This document shows, piece after piece, positions 8,982 through 19,175 of a DNA stretch of 64,000 nucleotides (its first letter is position 1; the number at the start of each line of letters is the position of its first letter). The position numbers and the translations under genes were made by a program. The notes under the pieces are model-generated. The model had not been told where the DNA came from. It saw nothing but the letters and a program-made list of their open reading frames with translations, and did no database searches. The stretch lies in the NCBI GenBank assembly GCA_902595825.1, contig CACJRP010000006.1, forward strand, positions 573 to 64,572, read 5' to 3'. This stretch comes from an uncultured Bacteroidota bacterium (GTDB lineage Bacteria > Bacteroidota > Bacteroidia > Flavobacteriales > Flavobacteriaceae).

Positions 8982-10394
8982 TTATTCAATTTTAAAATCA
9001 CCTAGAATTGACCATCCGCCCTCTAAGGCATTTTGTGAATTCCAATATCCATTAATCACCTCAATTTCGTTAGAAAACAGAATATATGTGTTTCTAGAAT
9101 CCAATTTCCAAATATCTGATTTTTCATTTTGAGAATTGGGCTGAACTATCCTAACGCCTAAGTTGTACTTTCCTTTTGATAAGTTTGGCAAGGACTCATC
9201 AACTCTAAAAATATTTTTGTCACCAGGTAAAATTCCAGATGTTTTATAATCGGTCTCGAATATTTTTAACAGTTTTTTTTCATTACTTAAAATACCAAAT
9301 TCAATGTCCCAATCATAATACATTGGAGCAACACCAATGTTAATTATTTCAAGTTCAATTGATAGTAATTCATCAGTTAAAATTCTTTCTTGAAATCTAC
9401 ATTTTTCTATCTGGTAGTTGTATCCCATTAATTTATGTAGTTTCATAAAAACGTTGCATAATTCGTCACTTTCATTTTCACAAGCATTAATTACTTTCAT
9501 AGTTGAATAATGTCCTCTTTTAATCATTGCCTCACCTAAACCATTTAGATAAATCTGATTAAATTCATTTTCAGATATCTGTGGTGGATATTCTCCTCCG
9601 ATTGGTCCTTCAATCCATTTGTTACTCTCAAAAATAGATTTGTCAAATTCATCGCTATGAGGAACTGGTCCAAAATAATCGTTGTGGAAACCAATATTTC
9701 CTGTTGACTTTAGGGGCTCTATCCATGGGTAACGGCCCATTAGTTTTTTGTTATTAAAATTATCTTTATAAATGCCAAGTATTTTATCTTTGGTTTCTTT
9801 GGTTAGATAAAATTCTTGAGAATACCCATAGCTATGCCATTCGCCCCAATATCCGATTACACCAAGTTGAAAGGCATAAATTCTAGGATCAGAGTCGTAC
9901 ATGATAGAAAGAGCTATAATTGCCTCTTCAGCTTCAGAAATAAATTTTTCATTATTAAAATTAGTTATGTATTTCCCATTTTCATCTTTCAATCTTTCAA
10001 CACCAATTTCATTGTAAAGCCAGCTTGGACCGCCATCTGAAACTTCATCTTCCCCGTACCAATCAACATAAAGCCTTAAAATTACGTGCCTACCGGCACT
10101 CCCAGGCCTATTAATGACTTCCTCTATATAATCATAGTTAAAATTACCATTTGTTGGCTCAAAATCTTTCCATTTGACGTACTGAAAACCAACTGATGCA
10201 TAATCGTAATCTTTCCACCAACCCGTATTCCACCCTTTCAATGGATTTTTATAAGGGCCGTCATTTTTTCGATACGTGTATTCCACAATTTTTGATGTGG
10301 TTTCTTCTGAAAAAGGATTATCAGTTTTTTTACAAGCATTTAATGTAATGAGAAATCCAAGAAAATTTAAAAAGATTAAAATTCTCATCATCAA
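8982..10394 (-). CDS. DUF4832/DUF4874-like putative glycoside-hydrolase-fold lipoprotein
   Basis: Lipoprotein signal (...ITLNAC). TIM-barrel-hydrolase-like motifs ...ILRLYVDWYGE..., ...GVIGYWGEWH.... Family assignment is from memory of the motif pattern. Confidence 0.5.
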   Translation of the reverse strand: MMMRILIFLNFLGFLITLNACKKTDNPFSEETTSKIVEYTYRKNDGPYKNPLKGWNTGWWKDYDYASVGFQYVKWKDFEPTNGNFNYDYIEEVINRPGSAGRHVILRLYVDWYGEDEVSDGGPSWLYNEIGVERLKDENGKYITNFNNEKFISEAEEAIIALSIMYDSDPRIYAFQLGVIGYWGEWHSYGYSQEFYLTKETKDKILGIYKDNFNNKKLMGRYPWIEPLKSTGNIGFHNDYFGPVPHSDEFDKSIFESNKWIEGPIGGEYPPQISENEFNQIYLNGLGEAMIKRGHYSTMKVINACENESDELCNVFMKLHKLMGYNYQIEKCRFQERILTDELLSIELEIINIGVAPMYYDWDIEFGILSNEKKLLKIFETDYKTSGILPGDKNIFRVDESLPNLSKGKYNLGVRIVQPNSQNEKSDIWKLDSRNTYILFSNEIEVINGYWNSQNALEGGWSILGDFKIE

Positions 10395-10606
10395 TTTATC
10401 TTACATTCTCCTTTAGTATAATAAGTAATTCCATTAGCATTTGCATAACAATTATTTGAATATGTTTTATTATTACATCCACAGACTGGGTCGTATATTT
10501 CTATGCAAACAGTATTAGAAATTTTTAATTCATCGATACAGTCTTTTGAATCATTATCTTTAGCACAATGATAAAATATGGCAACTGCAAGGATTATAGC
10601 TCTCAT
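10391..10606 (-). CDS. Kazal-type serine protease inhibitor domain protein (secreted or lipoprotein)
   Basis: Kazal signature C-x6-Y-D-P-V-C-G-x4-T-Y-x-N-x-C-x6-...-C (CIEIYDPVCGCNNKTYSNNCYANANGITYYTKGEC). 4-bp ATGA overlap with the downstream DUF4832-like gene. Confidence 0.7.
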   Translation of the reverse strand: MRAIILAVAIFYHCAKDNDSKDCIDELKISNTVCIEIYDPVCGCNNKTYSNNCYANANGITYYTKGECKIN

Positions 10607-10638
10607 TTATAAGTTACAAAAATAGGATATTGAAATAA

Positions 10639-10806
10639 ATGAAGAAATGCGAGAAATGTAAAAATGAATTTAATAGCCTTTATAGAGTAAAATATCTATC
10701 AAAACATTATTCTAATAAGGATTGGGTTTTTATTTGTAAAGTTTGCTTATTGATTGTAAAACCCAGAAATGACAGTTATATGTATGGAGGAACATGGAAA
10801 GGTTAA
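10639..10806 (+). CDS. Small (55 aa) CxxC...CxxC zinc-ribbon protein
   Basis: ATG ORF below the track cutoff: MKKCEKCKNEFNSLYRVKYLSKHYSNKDWVFICKVCLLIVKPRNDSYMYGGTWKG. Two CxxC pairs. Ends 35 bp before the ligase-associated operon. Confidence 0.4.
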   Translation: MKKCEKCKNEFNSLYRVKYLSKHYSNKDWVFICKVCLLIVKPRNDSYMYGGTWKG

Positions 10807-10841
10807 ATTTAAACGTATTTTCGTCATAAAATATTTATTAT

Positions 10842-11843
10842 ATGAAATTACTCGAATTTACATCTAATGGTATTTATTGTTCTAAGGCTGATGTTTATTT
10901 AGACCCTTGGAGGGGAGTAGAAAAAGCAATTATTACTCATGGGCATTCTGATCACGCAAGATGGGGTAGTAAAAGTTATATAACCCAAATTGATAATGTC
11001 CCTATTTTAAAACATAGATTAGGAGATATTAGTGTTTCGGGGAAAAAATATGGTGACAAATTTCAAATCAATGGTGTTACTTTCTCATTCCATCCCGCTG
11101 GGCATGTTCCCGGCTCTTCGCAAATAAAAGTCGAATATAAGGGTGAGGTTTGGGTTTTCACTGGAGATTTTAAAACGCAGGAAGATAAAATATCTACCCC
11201 TTACGAACCTATCAAATGCAATACATTCATAACAGAATGTACTTTTGGATTACCAGTTTATAAGTGGGAAAAACCAAAAATAGTTCATGAACAAATAAAC
11301 AATTGGTGGGCTGAAAATAAATCAAATGGTGTTACCAGTTTATTAATGGGTTACTCCCTTGGAAAAATTCAAAGATTGTTAAAAAATTTAGACCCCGAAA
11401 TCGGAAAAATTTTCACACACGGAGCCACTGAAAAAATGACAGAAGTTTTAAGAACCAAAATAGATTTTCCCAATACGACTCTCATCACAAGAGATACCTC
11501 AAGAAAGGAAATCGAAGGGAACCTGGTACTTGCACCGCCCGCCGTGTTAGGAAGCGCATGGAGTAAAAAATTTGGAATTACATCCACTGGATACGCCTCA
11601 GGATGGATGGCTATAAGAGGTGCAAGAAGAAGAAGAGGAGTGGACAAATCCTTTGTATTATCTGATCATGCAGACTGGGATGGATTGTTATCTGCAATCT
11701 ATTCAACAGGATGTGAGAATGTAATTACTACTCACGGCTATACCGATATTTTTGCGAAGTATTTAAATGAACAAGGATTAAATGCGCTGTCACAAAAAAC
11801 AGAATACGAACAAGAAACACCAGAAACAGAAAATCTAAAGTGA
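10842..11843 (+). CDS. Ligase-associated DNA damage response exonuclease (metallo-beta-lactamase/beta-CASP fold)
   Basis: HGHSDH metallo-beta-lactamase motif. Length and context: first gene of the exonuclease-ligase-helicase-phosphoesterase cluster. Confidence 0.8.
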   Translation: MKLLEFTSNGIYCSKADVYLDPWRGVEKAIITHGHSDHARWGSKSYITQIDNVPILKHRLGDISVSGKKYGDKFQINGVTFSFHPAGHVPGSSQIKVEYKGEVWVFTGDFKTQEDKISTPYEPIKCNTFITECTFGLPVYKWEKPKIVHEQINNWWAENKSNGVTSLLMGYSLGKIQRLLKNLDPEIGKIFTHGATEKMTEVLRTKIDFPNTTLITRDTSRKEIEGNLVLAPPAVLGSAWSKKFGITSTGYASGWMAIRGARRRRGVDKSFVLSDHADWDGLLSAIYSTGCENVITTHGYTDIFAKYLNEQGLNALSQKTEYEQETPETENLK

Positions 11844-13426
11844 GAAAATTTGCAAGCCTAATTAAAACTCTTGATAGCACAAATAAGACTAATCTTAAAG
11901 TTGAAGCTTTATCGAATTATTTTTTAAAATCTTCAAATGAAGATATGCTGTGGGCTATCGCTCTGATGTCTCACAGAAGACCTAAAAGACCAATGACTAC
12001 GACTCTTCTTAGACAATGGGCCTCAGAGGAGAGTAATTTGCCTAAGTGGCTTTTTGAAGAATCATATCACATAGTTGGGGATCTTGCTGAGACAATATCT
12101 TTATTAATCACTCAAGATGATTCTTCGTTAAAAATATCTTTAACTGAGTGCATTAAAGAAATAATATCGTTGAAAGATAAAAGAGACGATGAGAAAAAAA
12201 AATATATCTTGAAAAGGTGGAAGGGCTTTAATAATTATGAAAGATTTGTATTCAATAAAATTCTAACTGGTGGATTTAGAATTGGTATAAGCCAAAAATT
12301 GATGACTAGAGCTTTGTCCAAAGCAGTAAATATTGAAGAACATATTATTTCTCATCGATTAATGGGAGAATGGGATCCACAGTCAACTACTCTTGAAAAA
12401 TTAATAATCAACCCTGATCCAAAAGATCAATTATCAAAACCATACCCATTTTATCTAGCTTACCCAATAGATTTGGATTTATTCTCAAAATCTGATGTAA
12501 GGGAATGGCATATAGAACATAAGTGGGATGGTATGAGAGCACAATTAATTGTTAGAGATGACAATTTCTACTTATGGAGTAGAGGTGAAGATTTGATAAC
12601 AAAAACCTTCCCGGAACTAAAAATTTTATCAGAACAACTTCCAAATGGAACCGTTATAGATGGAGAATTGTTACCCTTTAAAAATGAAGTGATTGGAGAT
12701 TTTAATACTTTGCAAAAAAGGATTGGAAAAAAAAATATTTCCAAAAAGGATTTGAATGAAAACCCTATTATACTAATGGCTTACGATCTTCTAGAAGTAG
12801 GAGGCAAAGATATAAGGACCCAACCTTTATTTGAGAGACAAAAAAAATTAGAATTCATTTTAAAAAAAAATTCAAACCTTTCATCGCCGATCAGATTATC
12901 CAATCATATGAAATTTGAAAGTTGGGACGAAGTTGCAAAGGAAAGGGAGAACGCTAGTAAAAAAAAGAGTGAAGGACTCATGATAAAAAGAAAAAACTCA
13001 AAATACGAAGTTGGAAGAATAAAGGGGAATTGGTGGAAATGGAAATCTGACCCAAAAACTATTGATGCTGTTTTGACTTATGCAATGAGAGGTCACGGAA
13101 GAAGAACAAATTTATATACGGATTACACGTTTGCGTTATGGAACAATGGAGAGTTGGTGACTTTTGCTAAGGCATACTCTGGACTAAATGATAAAGAAAT
13201 AAAAGAGGTTGATAGATTTGTAAAACAAAATACATTGAATAGATTTGGTCCGGTAAGGCAAGTGAAACCACAATTAGTTTTTGAAATAGCATTTGAAGGA
13301 GTTTCATTGTCGTCAAGACACAAAAGCGGCGTTTCAGTTCGTTTTCCCAGGATTCTAAGACAAAGACATGACAAAAAAATTGCTGAGGCTAATTCTGTTG
13401 GAGACATAAAAAAGTTGTTAGTATGA
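11840..13426 (+). CDS. ATP-dependent DNA ligase
   Basis: Adenylation motif I EHKWDGMR (KxDG), followed by nucleotidyltransferase and OB-like regions. GTG start overlaps the upstream stop by 4 bp. Confidence 0.85.
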   Translation: MRKFASLIKTLDSTNKTNLKVEALSNYFLKSSNEDMLWAIALMSHRRPKRPMTTTLLRQWASEESNLPKWLFEESYHIVGDLAETISLLITQDDSSLKISLTECIKEIISLKDKRDDEKKKYILKRWKGFNNYERFVFNKILTGGFRIGISQKLMTRALSKAVNIEEHIISHRLMGEWDPQSTTLEKLIINPDPKDQLSKPYPFYLAYPIDLDLFSKSDVREWHIEHKWDGMRAQLIVRDDNFYLWSRGEDLITKTFPELKILSEQLPNGTVIDGELLPFKNEVIGDFNTLQKRIGKKNISKKDLNENPIILMAYDLLEVGGKDIRTQPLFERQKKLEFILKKNSNLSSPIRLSNHMKFESWDEVAKERENASKKKSEGLMIKRKNSKYEVGRIKGNWWKWKSDPKTIDAVLTYAMRGHGRRTNLYTDYTFALWNNGELVTFAKAYSGLNDKEIKEVDRFVKQNTLNRFGPVRQVKPQLVFEIAFEGVSLSSRHKSGVSVRFPRILRQRHDKKIAEANSVGDIKKLLV

Positions 13427-15840
13427 ATCCTGTTGAAAAATGGTTTAAATCAAATGGTTGGAAACCTCAGGATTTTCAAATTGACTGTTGGGAACATTAC
13501 AGCAAAGGAGAAAATTTGATGCTTCATGCCCCAACAGGAACAGGAAAAACATATGCTATTTGGGGAGGCATCTTGAATGAATCTTTTGAATTAAAAAAAA
13601 TTAAAGAAGGAATTAATGTTATATGGATTACACCACTTAGAGCCTTGGCTGTAGAAATCCAAAAATCCACACAACAGCTAAGTAGAGATTTAAAAACTGA
13701 TATTAAAGTTGATTTAAGAACAGGAGATACTCCACAAAGTATAAGAATAAAACAAAACCAAAATTTCCCTTTTGGATTAATTACCACTCCTGAGAGTTTA
13801 CATGTTCTTCTAAGTTCAAGAAAACACAAAGATTTTTTTAAAAATTTGAGAGCAGTAGTAGTTGATGAGTGGCATGAGCTTCTAGGAACAAAAAGAGGTG
13901 TTCAGACAGAATTAGCTATTTCATACCTAAGATTTCTAATACCAAAACTCAAAACAATAGGTATTTCTGCAACATTAGGGAATAAAGAACTAGCTGGAGA
14001 AATTTTAATGGGATTAGGAAATAATTTTAAAACAATTACATCTAAAATAAAAAAGAAAATAAATGTCAAATCTATAATTCCAAAAAGTATGGAGAGATTT
14101 CCGTGGAGAGGTCATTTAGGAACTCATTTGATAGATGAGGTTATAAAAATTATTAGAAAAGGTAAAACAACTTTAATATTTACCAATACGCGTTCTCAGT
14201 GTGAAATATGGTATCACAAAATTATCCATTCATACCCAGAATTATCTGGAGTAATTGCAATGCATCACGGAAGTATAGACAAAAAAATAAGACTATGGGT
14301 GGAGAATGGTCTTAGAGAAAAGAAATTAAAGGTTGTTGTATGTACTTCCAGTCTTGATCTGGGAGTTGACTTTAGTCCAGTTGAGACATGCATTCAAGTT
14401 GGAAGTCCTAAGGGTGTTGGGAGATTTATTCAAAGAGCAGGTAGAAGTGGACATCAACCAAATAATCCTAGTACAATTTATTTTCTTCCCACCCACGCAA
14501 TTGAATTAATTGAATCTGTAGCACTACAAGAGGGAATTAAACAACAAATGATTGAAGACCGATTACCACATATTAATTCCTACGATGTGCTGTTACAATT
14601 TTTAACTACTCTCGCCGTTGGAGGGGGGTTTTTTCCTGACCAAATTTTTTCAGTAATAAAAAAAACATTTAGTTTCCACACGATAAATTCTAGTAAATGG
14701 GAATGGATACTAAATTTTTTAACTAAAGGGAGCCAGTCTCTAGAATATTATGATGAATTCAAAAAAGTAAATATTTTAGAGGATGGGATGATGATGGTAC
14801 TTGATAAAGGAGTTGCTCTAAGACACAGGCTTTCAATGGGGACAATTGTAAGTGATGCGGTATTAAAAATCAAATATCAAACAGGTAAAAATTTAGGCAC
14901 AATTGAGGAATGGTTCATATCAAAGTTATCTAGAGGGGATGTTTTTACATTTGCAGGGAAAAATTTAGAACTTTTAACCCTGAAAGGTATGGAAGTTATA
15001 GTTAGAAAATCAAATGTAAAAAAAGCTAAAATACCAGCTTGGATTGGAGGGAGATTTAGTTTTAGTTCCAATTTGAGTGACCTCTTGAAAAAAACTTTTC
15101 ACAACAAAAAAAATTATTCAACACATGAGTTTAAAGCCCTGAAGAGTATTTTTAAACAACAAAACAGAGAATCAAAAATACCAAACAGCGATGAATTACT
15201 TATTGAGCGATTTAAAACAAGTGAAGGTTTTCATACTTTATTTTATCTTTTTGAAGGTTATGCAGTCAACGAGGCAATATCAAGTTTACTAGCTTATAGA
15301 ATCAGCTTATTAAAACCCATAACTTTCACGATATCCGTTAATGATTATGGGTTTGAGCTTTTATCAGATCAAGAGTTTGATAGAAATATTTTTCTAGAAA
15401 ATAATTTATTAACGAAGGAGTATTTGTTAGACGACCTTTCAAAAAGTGTTAATATTTCTGAAATGAGCAGGAGAAAATTTAGAGAAATAGCAGTAATTTC
15501 TGGATTAGTTTTTCAGGGGTATCCTAGAAAACCAATTAAAACAAAGCATCTTCAGTCGGGGTCTCAATTATTTTATGATGTATTTAAAGAACACGAACCC
15601 GACAATTTACTTTATCTGCAAGCCATAAACGAAACTTTCGATCATGCCATAGAAAGCCCAAGGATACAGAGATCTTTTGAAAAAATTGAACATCTAAGAA
15701 TAGTATGGAAAGACTGTAAATATCCAACACCTTTTTCATTTCCTTTAATTACTGACAGAATCAGAAGTAAATTGTCATCTGAAAGCGTCGAGGATCGAAT
15801 CAGAAAAATGTACTTACAGCTTGAAATGTCAGTGAAATGA
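13423..15840 (+). CDS. Ligase-associated DEXH-box helicase (Lhr-core-like)
   Basis: Walker A APTGTGKT, DEWH (DExH) box, QRAGRSGH motif VI. 4-bp overlap with the ligase gene. Confidence 0.85.
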   Translation: MNPVEKWFKSNGWKPQDFQIDCWEHYSKGENLMLHAPTGTGKTYAIWGGILNESFELKKIKEGINVIWITPLRALAVEIQKSTQQLSRDLKTDIKVDLRTGDTPQSIRIKQNQNFPFGLITTPESLHVLLSSRKHKDFFKNLRAVVVDEWHELLGTKRGVQTELAISYLRFLIPKLKTIGISATLGNKELAGEILMGLGNNFKTITSKIKKKINVKSIIPKSMERFPWRGHLGTHLIDEVIKIIRKGKTTLIFTNTRSQCEIWYHKIIHSYPELSGVIAMHHGSIDKKIRLWVENGLREKKLKVVVCTSSLDLGVDFSPVETCIQVGSPKGVGRFIQRAGRSGHQPNNPSTIYFLPTHAIELIESVALQEGIKQQMIEDRLPHINSYDVLLQFLTTLAVGGGFFPDQIFSVIKKTFSFHTINSSKWEWILNFLTKGSQSLEYYDEFKKVNILEDGMMMVLDKGVALRHRLSMGTIVSDAVLKIKYQTGKNLGTIEEWFISKLSRGDVFTFAGKNLELLTLKGMEVIVRKSNVKKAKIPAWIGGRFSFSSNLSDLLKKTFHNKKNYSTHEFKALKSIFKQQNRESKIPNSDELLIERFKTSEGFHTLFYLFEGYAVNEAISSLLAYRISLLKPITFTISVNDYGFELLSDQEFDRNIFLENNLLTKEYLLDDLSKSVNISEMSRRKFREIAVISGLVFQGYPRKPIKTKHLQSGSQLFYDVFKEHEPDNLLYLQAINETFDHAIESPRIQRSFEKIEHLRIVWKDCKYPTPFSFPLITDRIRSKLSSESVEDRIRKMYLQLEMSVK

Positions 15841-16475
15841 AAGAAATAAACATCTTTAACAATCACTTTTACTTACATAAAACCGGAGCAATTTTTTGGA
15901 AGGAAAAAGATACTCTCTTGCTAGCAGATATACATTTGGGGAAAGTAGAACATTTTAGAAAAAGTGGCATACCCGTCCCTAGAAAAGTTCAAGGTGTATT
16001 TTATGAAAAGATTTCTAGACTAAAAAATTCACTTAATTTTTCCAGAGTAATTTTTTTGGGAGATTTATTTCATAGCTCCCTTAATAATGAATGGTTTTTA
16101 TTTGAAAATTGGGTAAAAAAAAGTTCATTAAAAATTATTTTAATAAAAGGCAATCATGATATCATTCCAAAATATAAATTCAAACAAATAGGCATTGAAT
16201 CTTATGGAGATTTAAAAATTGAAAAGTTTTTCTTTACACATCACCCTAAAAAAATAGATAATTTTTTTGTTTTTTCTGGACATATTCATCCAGGAGTGAA
16301 ACTAATTGGAAAAGGTAGGCAACTAATGAAATTGCCATGTTTTATCTATAACAAAGAACAAATTATATTACCTTCTTTTGGTGGTTTTACTGGAATGCAC
16401 TTTCCAAAAATTAAAAACAGTGATAAGGTGTTTGTAATAACAAAAAGGGAAATTATTGAAGTAAAAAAAAATTAA
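15837..16475 (+). CDS. pdeM: Ligase-associated metallophosphoesterase
   Basis: Calcineurin-like motifs (...LADIHLGK..., GDLFH, GNHD, ...GHIHP...). 4-bp overlap with the helicase gene. Confidence 0.8.
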   Translation: MKEINIFNNHFYLHKTGAIFWKEKDTLLLADIHLGKVEHFRKSGIPVPRKVQGVFYEKISRLKNSLNFSRVIFLGDLFHSSLNNEWFLFENWVKKSSLKIILIKGNHDIIPKYKFKQIGIESYGDLKIEKFFFTHHPKKIDNFFVFSGHIHPGVKLIGKGRQLMKLPCFIYNKEQIILPSFGGFTGMHFPKIKNSDKVFVITKREIIEVKKN

Positions 16476-16502
16476 ACAAATAATTATATAGAAAATAACT
16501 CG

Positions 16503-16940
16503 TTATGAGTTAATAGCTTCTACTTCTTTTACTTTTGTTTTATCTTCAAATTCCATTGTGTTATCATCCCACTCAAATCCACTTTCTATTTTTTGAGTTC
16601 TAGGATAGTATGTAACTTCAAGATATTTCAATCTATCATGCCCTTGGACCTTAACTTGAACTATAAAAGTATGGTAGTGATATCTATCATATGGACTTAT
16701 GAACGTTTGATAATTGTCCCAAATTATATTTCGAGTAAATTCAACATTAACAAATCTCTCTTCGATAAAAAAACGAATTTTTTTGTTGATTTCTCTGTCA
16801 TTTATTGGAGTTATTTCACCACTATCATTTTCTTCAAGACCTTGATGTTCAGTAACAAAATCTTCAACGCTAGCTTTCTGTTCCTGAGAATAAATATTGA
16901 CAAACAGTAAAAGAAAGCTTAAAAAAGTTAAATTTTTCAT
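16503..16940 (-). CDS. Secreted hypothetical protein
   Basis: Sec signal MKNLTFLSFLLLFVNIYSQ. No recognisable motif. Confidence 0.45.
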   Translation of the reverse strand: MKNLTFLSFLLLFVNIYSQEQKASVEDFVTEHQGLEENDSGEITPINDREINKKIRFFIEERFVNVEFTRNIIWDNYQTFISPYDRYHYHTFIVQVKVQGHDRLKYLEVTYYPRTQKIESGFEWDDNTMEFEDKTKVKEVEAINS

Positions 16941-17012
16941 ACAGATTTTTTAATCATTATAACCCAAATATAGAAAAGACAATTATTAGTGAAAAAAAAA
17001 CAGTAAAAATAT

Positions 17013-18326
17013 TTATGTGTAAAGCCACCTATAAAGGTCATTTCCGTTCGCATAAATAACTAAAGTAATTAGAAAAATGAATCCAATTACTTGTGCATAC
17101 TCAAGCACTTTATCATTGGCTTTTCTCCCAGTGATAATTTCATACATCAGAAACATTGCATGTCCTCCATCTAGAGCTGGAATGGGTAAGATATTCATAA
17201 ATGCAAGAATAATTGAGATTAAGGCAGTGCTAGACCAAAACCCCTTCCAATCCCATTTTGAGGGGAACAAGCTGCCAATTGCACCAAAGCCACCTAGTTG
17301 TGATGCTCCTTTTTTTGTAAAAATATATTTGAATTGTGCGATATATTCATAAAGCGTCCAGTACCCATAGCTGAAGCCCTGAACAATACTTTCAGAGAGT
17401 GTTAAACCGACGTGAGTTAATTTAAAATTTTGTCTAAAATATCCTCCAAAAAATGAGTTCTCCTTTGGGTATACATACTTTACAATTGAGTTTCCTTCTC
17501 TTTGAATTGTAAATTTCAGAGAATCTTTTTTAGAATACTTATCAACCGAAATATCGTTCCTAGATGAAATTTTTTCTTCAAAAAGAGCAATAATTTTGTC
17601 ACCTGGTTTAATTCCTGCAAGATCAGCCGGTCCACCTTTAACAATGCTATCAATAGTATTACTGATTCTTGGTGATAATGGGATTATCTCACCAGCTTCA
17701 AATAGCCTTGAACCGAAATTTTCAGGAATATTAATTATCTCTATTTCCCCACTGGTATGTTTAACTTTAACTTTCTTAGAATTTCTTAGAAAAAGATAAC
17801 GATTTATGTCAACAACTGATTCCAACTCTCTATTGTCAACTTCAAGAATGACGTCTCCATCTTTGAAACCGATTGACTTTGCAACGGGCGAAGAATTAAA
17901 ACCATCGGGCATATCAGTGTATGGCAGAATGTCTTTCCCCCAGATGAATAAAATCATCATGTAAATAAGAAATCCTAAAATAATATTTACAGTGACTCCG
18001 CCTAACATTATAATTAACCTCTGCCATGCTGGTTTTGATCTAAACTCCCATGGTTGAGGTTCTTTTTTCATTTGGTCTAAATCCATACTCTCATCAATCA
18101 TACCAGCTATTTTAACGTAACCCCCCAAGGGTAACCACCCAATTCCATATATAGTATCACCAATTTTCTTTTTAAATATGGAGAACTTAACATCAAAAAA
18201 AAGATAAAACTTTTCGACTTTTGTTTTGAAAATTTTAGCAGGGATAAAATGACCGAGTTCGTGTAATACCACAATCAACGATAAGCTTAGTAAAAATTGA
18301 AAAGCCTTAATTAAAAAAATTTCCAT
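17013..18326 (-). CDS. rseP: RIP (site-2) zinc metalloprotease RseP
   Basis: HELGHF (HExxH) in the first transmembrane segment, internal PDZ-like region (GPADLAGIKPGDKI), C-terminal ...NILPIPALDGGH... motif. Confidence 0.9.
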   Translation of the reverse strand: MEIFLIKAFQFLLSLSLIVVLHELGHFIPAKIFKTKVEKFYLFFDVKFSIFKKKIGDTIYGIGWLPLGGYVKIAGMIDESMDLDQMKKEPQPWEFRSKPAWQRLIIMLGGVTVNIILGFLIYMMILFIWGKDILPYTDMPDGFNSSPVAKSIGFKDGDVILEVDNRELESVVDINRYLFLRNSKKVKVKHTSGEIEIINIPENFGSRLFEAGEIIPLSPRISNTIDSIVKGGPADLAGIKPGDKIIALFEEKISSRNDISVDKYSKKDSLKFTIQREGNSIVKYVYPKENSFFGGYFRQNFKLTHVGLTLSESIVQGFSYGYWTLYEYIAQFKYIFTKKGASQLGGFGAIGSLFPSKWDWKGFWSSTALISIILAFMNILPIPALDGGHAMFLMYEIITGRKANDKVLEYAQVIGFIFLITLVIYANGNDLYRWLYT

Positions 18327-18435
18327 AAATTTTTCTTATTGAGGCACAAAAATAAACATTTCAAACTTTTAGTATTGTTTATAATTCAATTTATATTTGA
18401 TTTAACATTTTCATATGCTTGATAAAAGGTAATTA

Positions 18436-19107
18436 ATGTATAAAACAATATATAAGTATAGATTATTTTTAGCCGTTTTTATTTCAATTGCTTTTATTAT
18501 TCTGTCCCTTTTTTATGACGCACTAACCCCAAAAAAAACTTTACCAATTTTTCAGCCAAATGATGTAAATTCTGAACTAGTAGATAGTAGCATTCAACAT
18601 GTGAAGAGATTTCACAAAATTAAAAGTTTCGAATTTTTAAATCAAAATGGAGAAAAAATATCAGAAAAGGATTACGATGGGTTCGTTTATGTTGCTGATT
18701 TTTTCTTCACAACGTGTCCATCAATTTGTCCCATAATGACAGATAACATGTTAAAAATTCAAAGCTATATTAAAGATAAGAAAAAAGTTAAATTATTATC
18801 ATTTTCAGTAACTCCAGAGATAGATTCAGTACAAGTTCTAAAAGAATATTCAATTGAAAAAGGGGTGGATGACAAATACTGGAATTTGTTGACAGGTGAC
18901 AAGTCAAAAATTTATTCCCTTGCTAGAAAATCGTTTTTAGTTGTTAAAGAAAATGCAGAAAGTAATTCTCATGATATGATCCATACAGAAAATTTTGTAC
19001 TTGTCGACAAAGAAAAAAGAATTAGAGGTTTTTATAATGGTACTGATGATGAAGATATAGAAGTACTTAAAGAAGATATAGATATTTTAATTGAAGGATA
19101 TAACTAG
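18436..19107 (+). CDS. SCO1/SenC-family copper chaperone / thiol-disulfide protein
   Basis: N-terminal transmembrane anchor. CPSICP (CxxxC) motif and conserved downstream His (...HDMIHTENFVLVD...). Confidence 0.8.
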   Translation: MYKTIYKYRLFLAVFISIAFIILSLFYDALTPKKTLPIFQPNDVNSELVDSSIQHVKRFHKIKSFEFLNQNGEKISEKDYDGFVYVADFFFTTCPSICPIMTDNMLKIQSYIKDKKKVKLLSFSVTPEIDSVQVLKEYSIEKGVDDKYWNLLTGDKSKIYSLARKSFLVVKENAESNSHDMIHTENFVLVDKEKRIRGFYNGTDDEDIEVLKEDIDILIEGYN

Positions 19108-19112
19108 TCCTG

Positions 19113-19162
19113 CAATCATTTTTGCAAACCAATCATTTTAGATTAATTTAGCTATGATTATC
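19113..19162 (+). promoter_or_regulatory. Candidate Fur-box-like elements upstream of feoA
   Basis: CAATCATTTT occurs twice (19113-19122 and 19130-19139) and ATGATTATC occurs at 19154-19162. All resemble parts of the classical Fur consensus GATAATGATAATCATTATC and lie 14-63 bp before the feoA ATG. Confidence 0.35.
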
Positions 19163-19175
19163 CATCCCAAATTTA

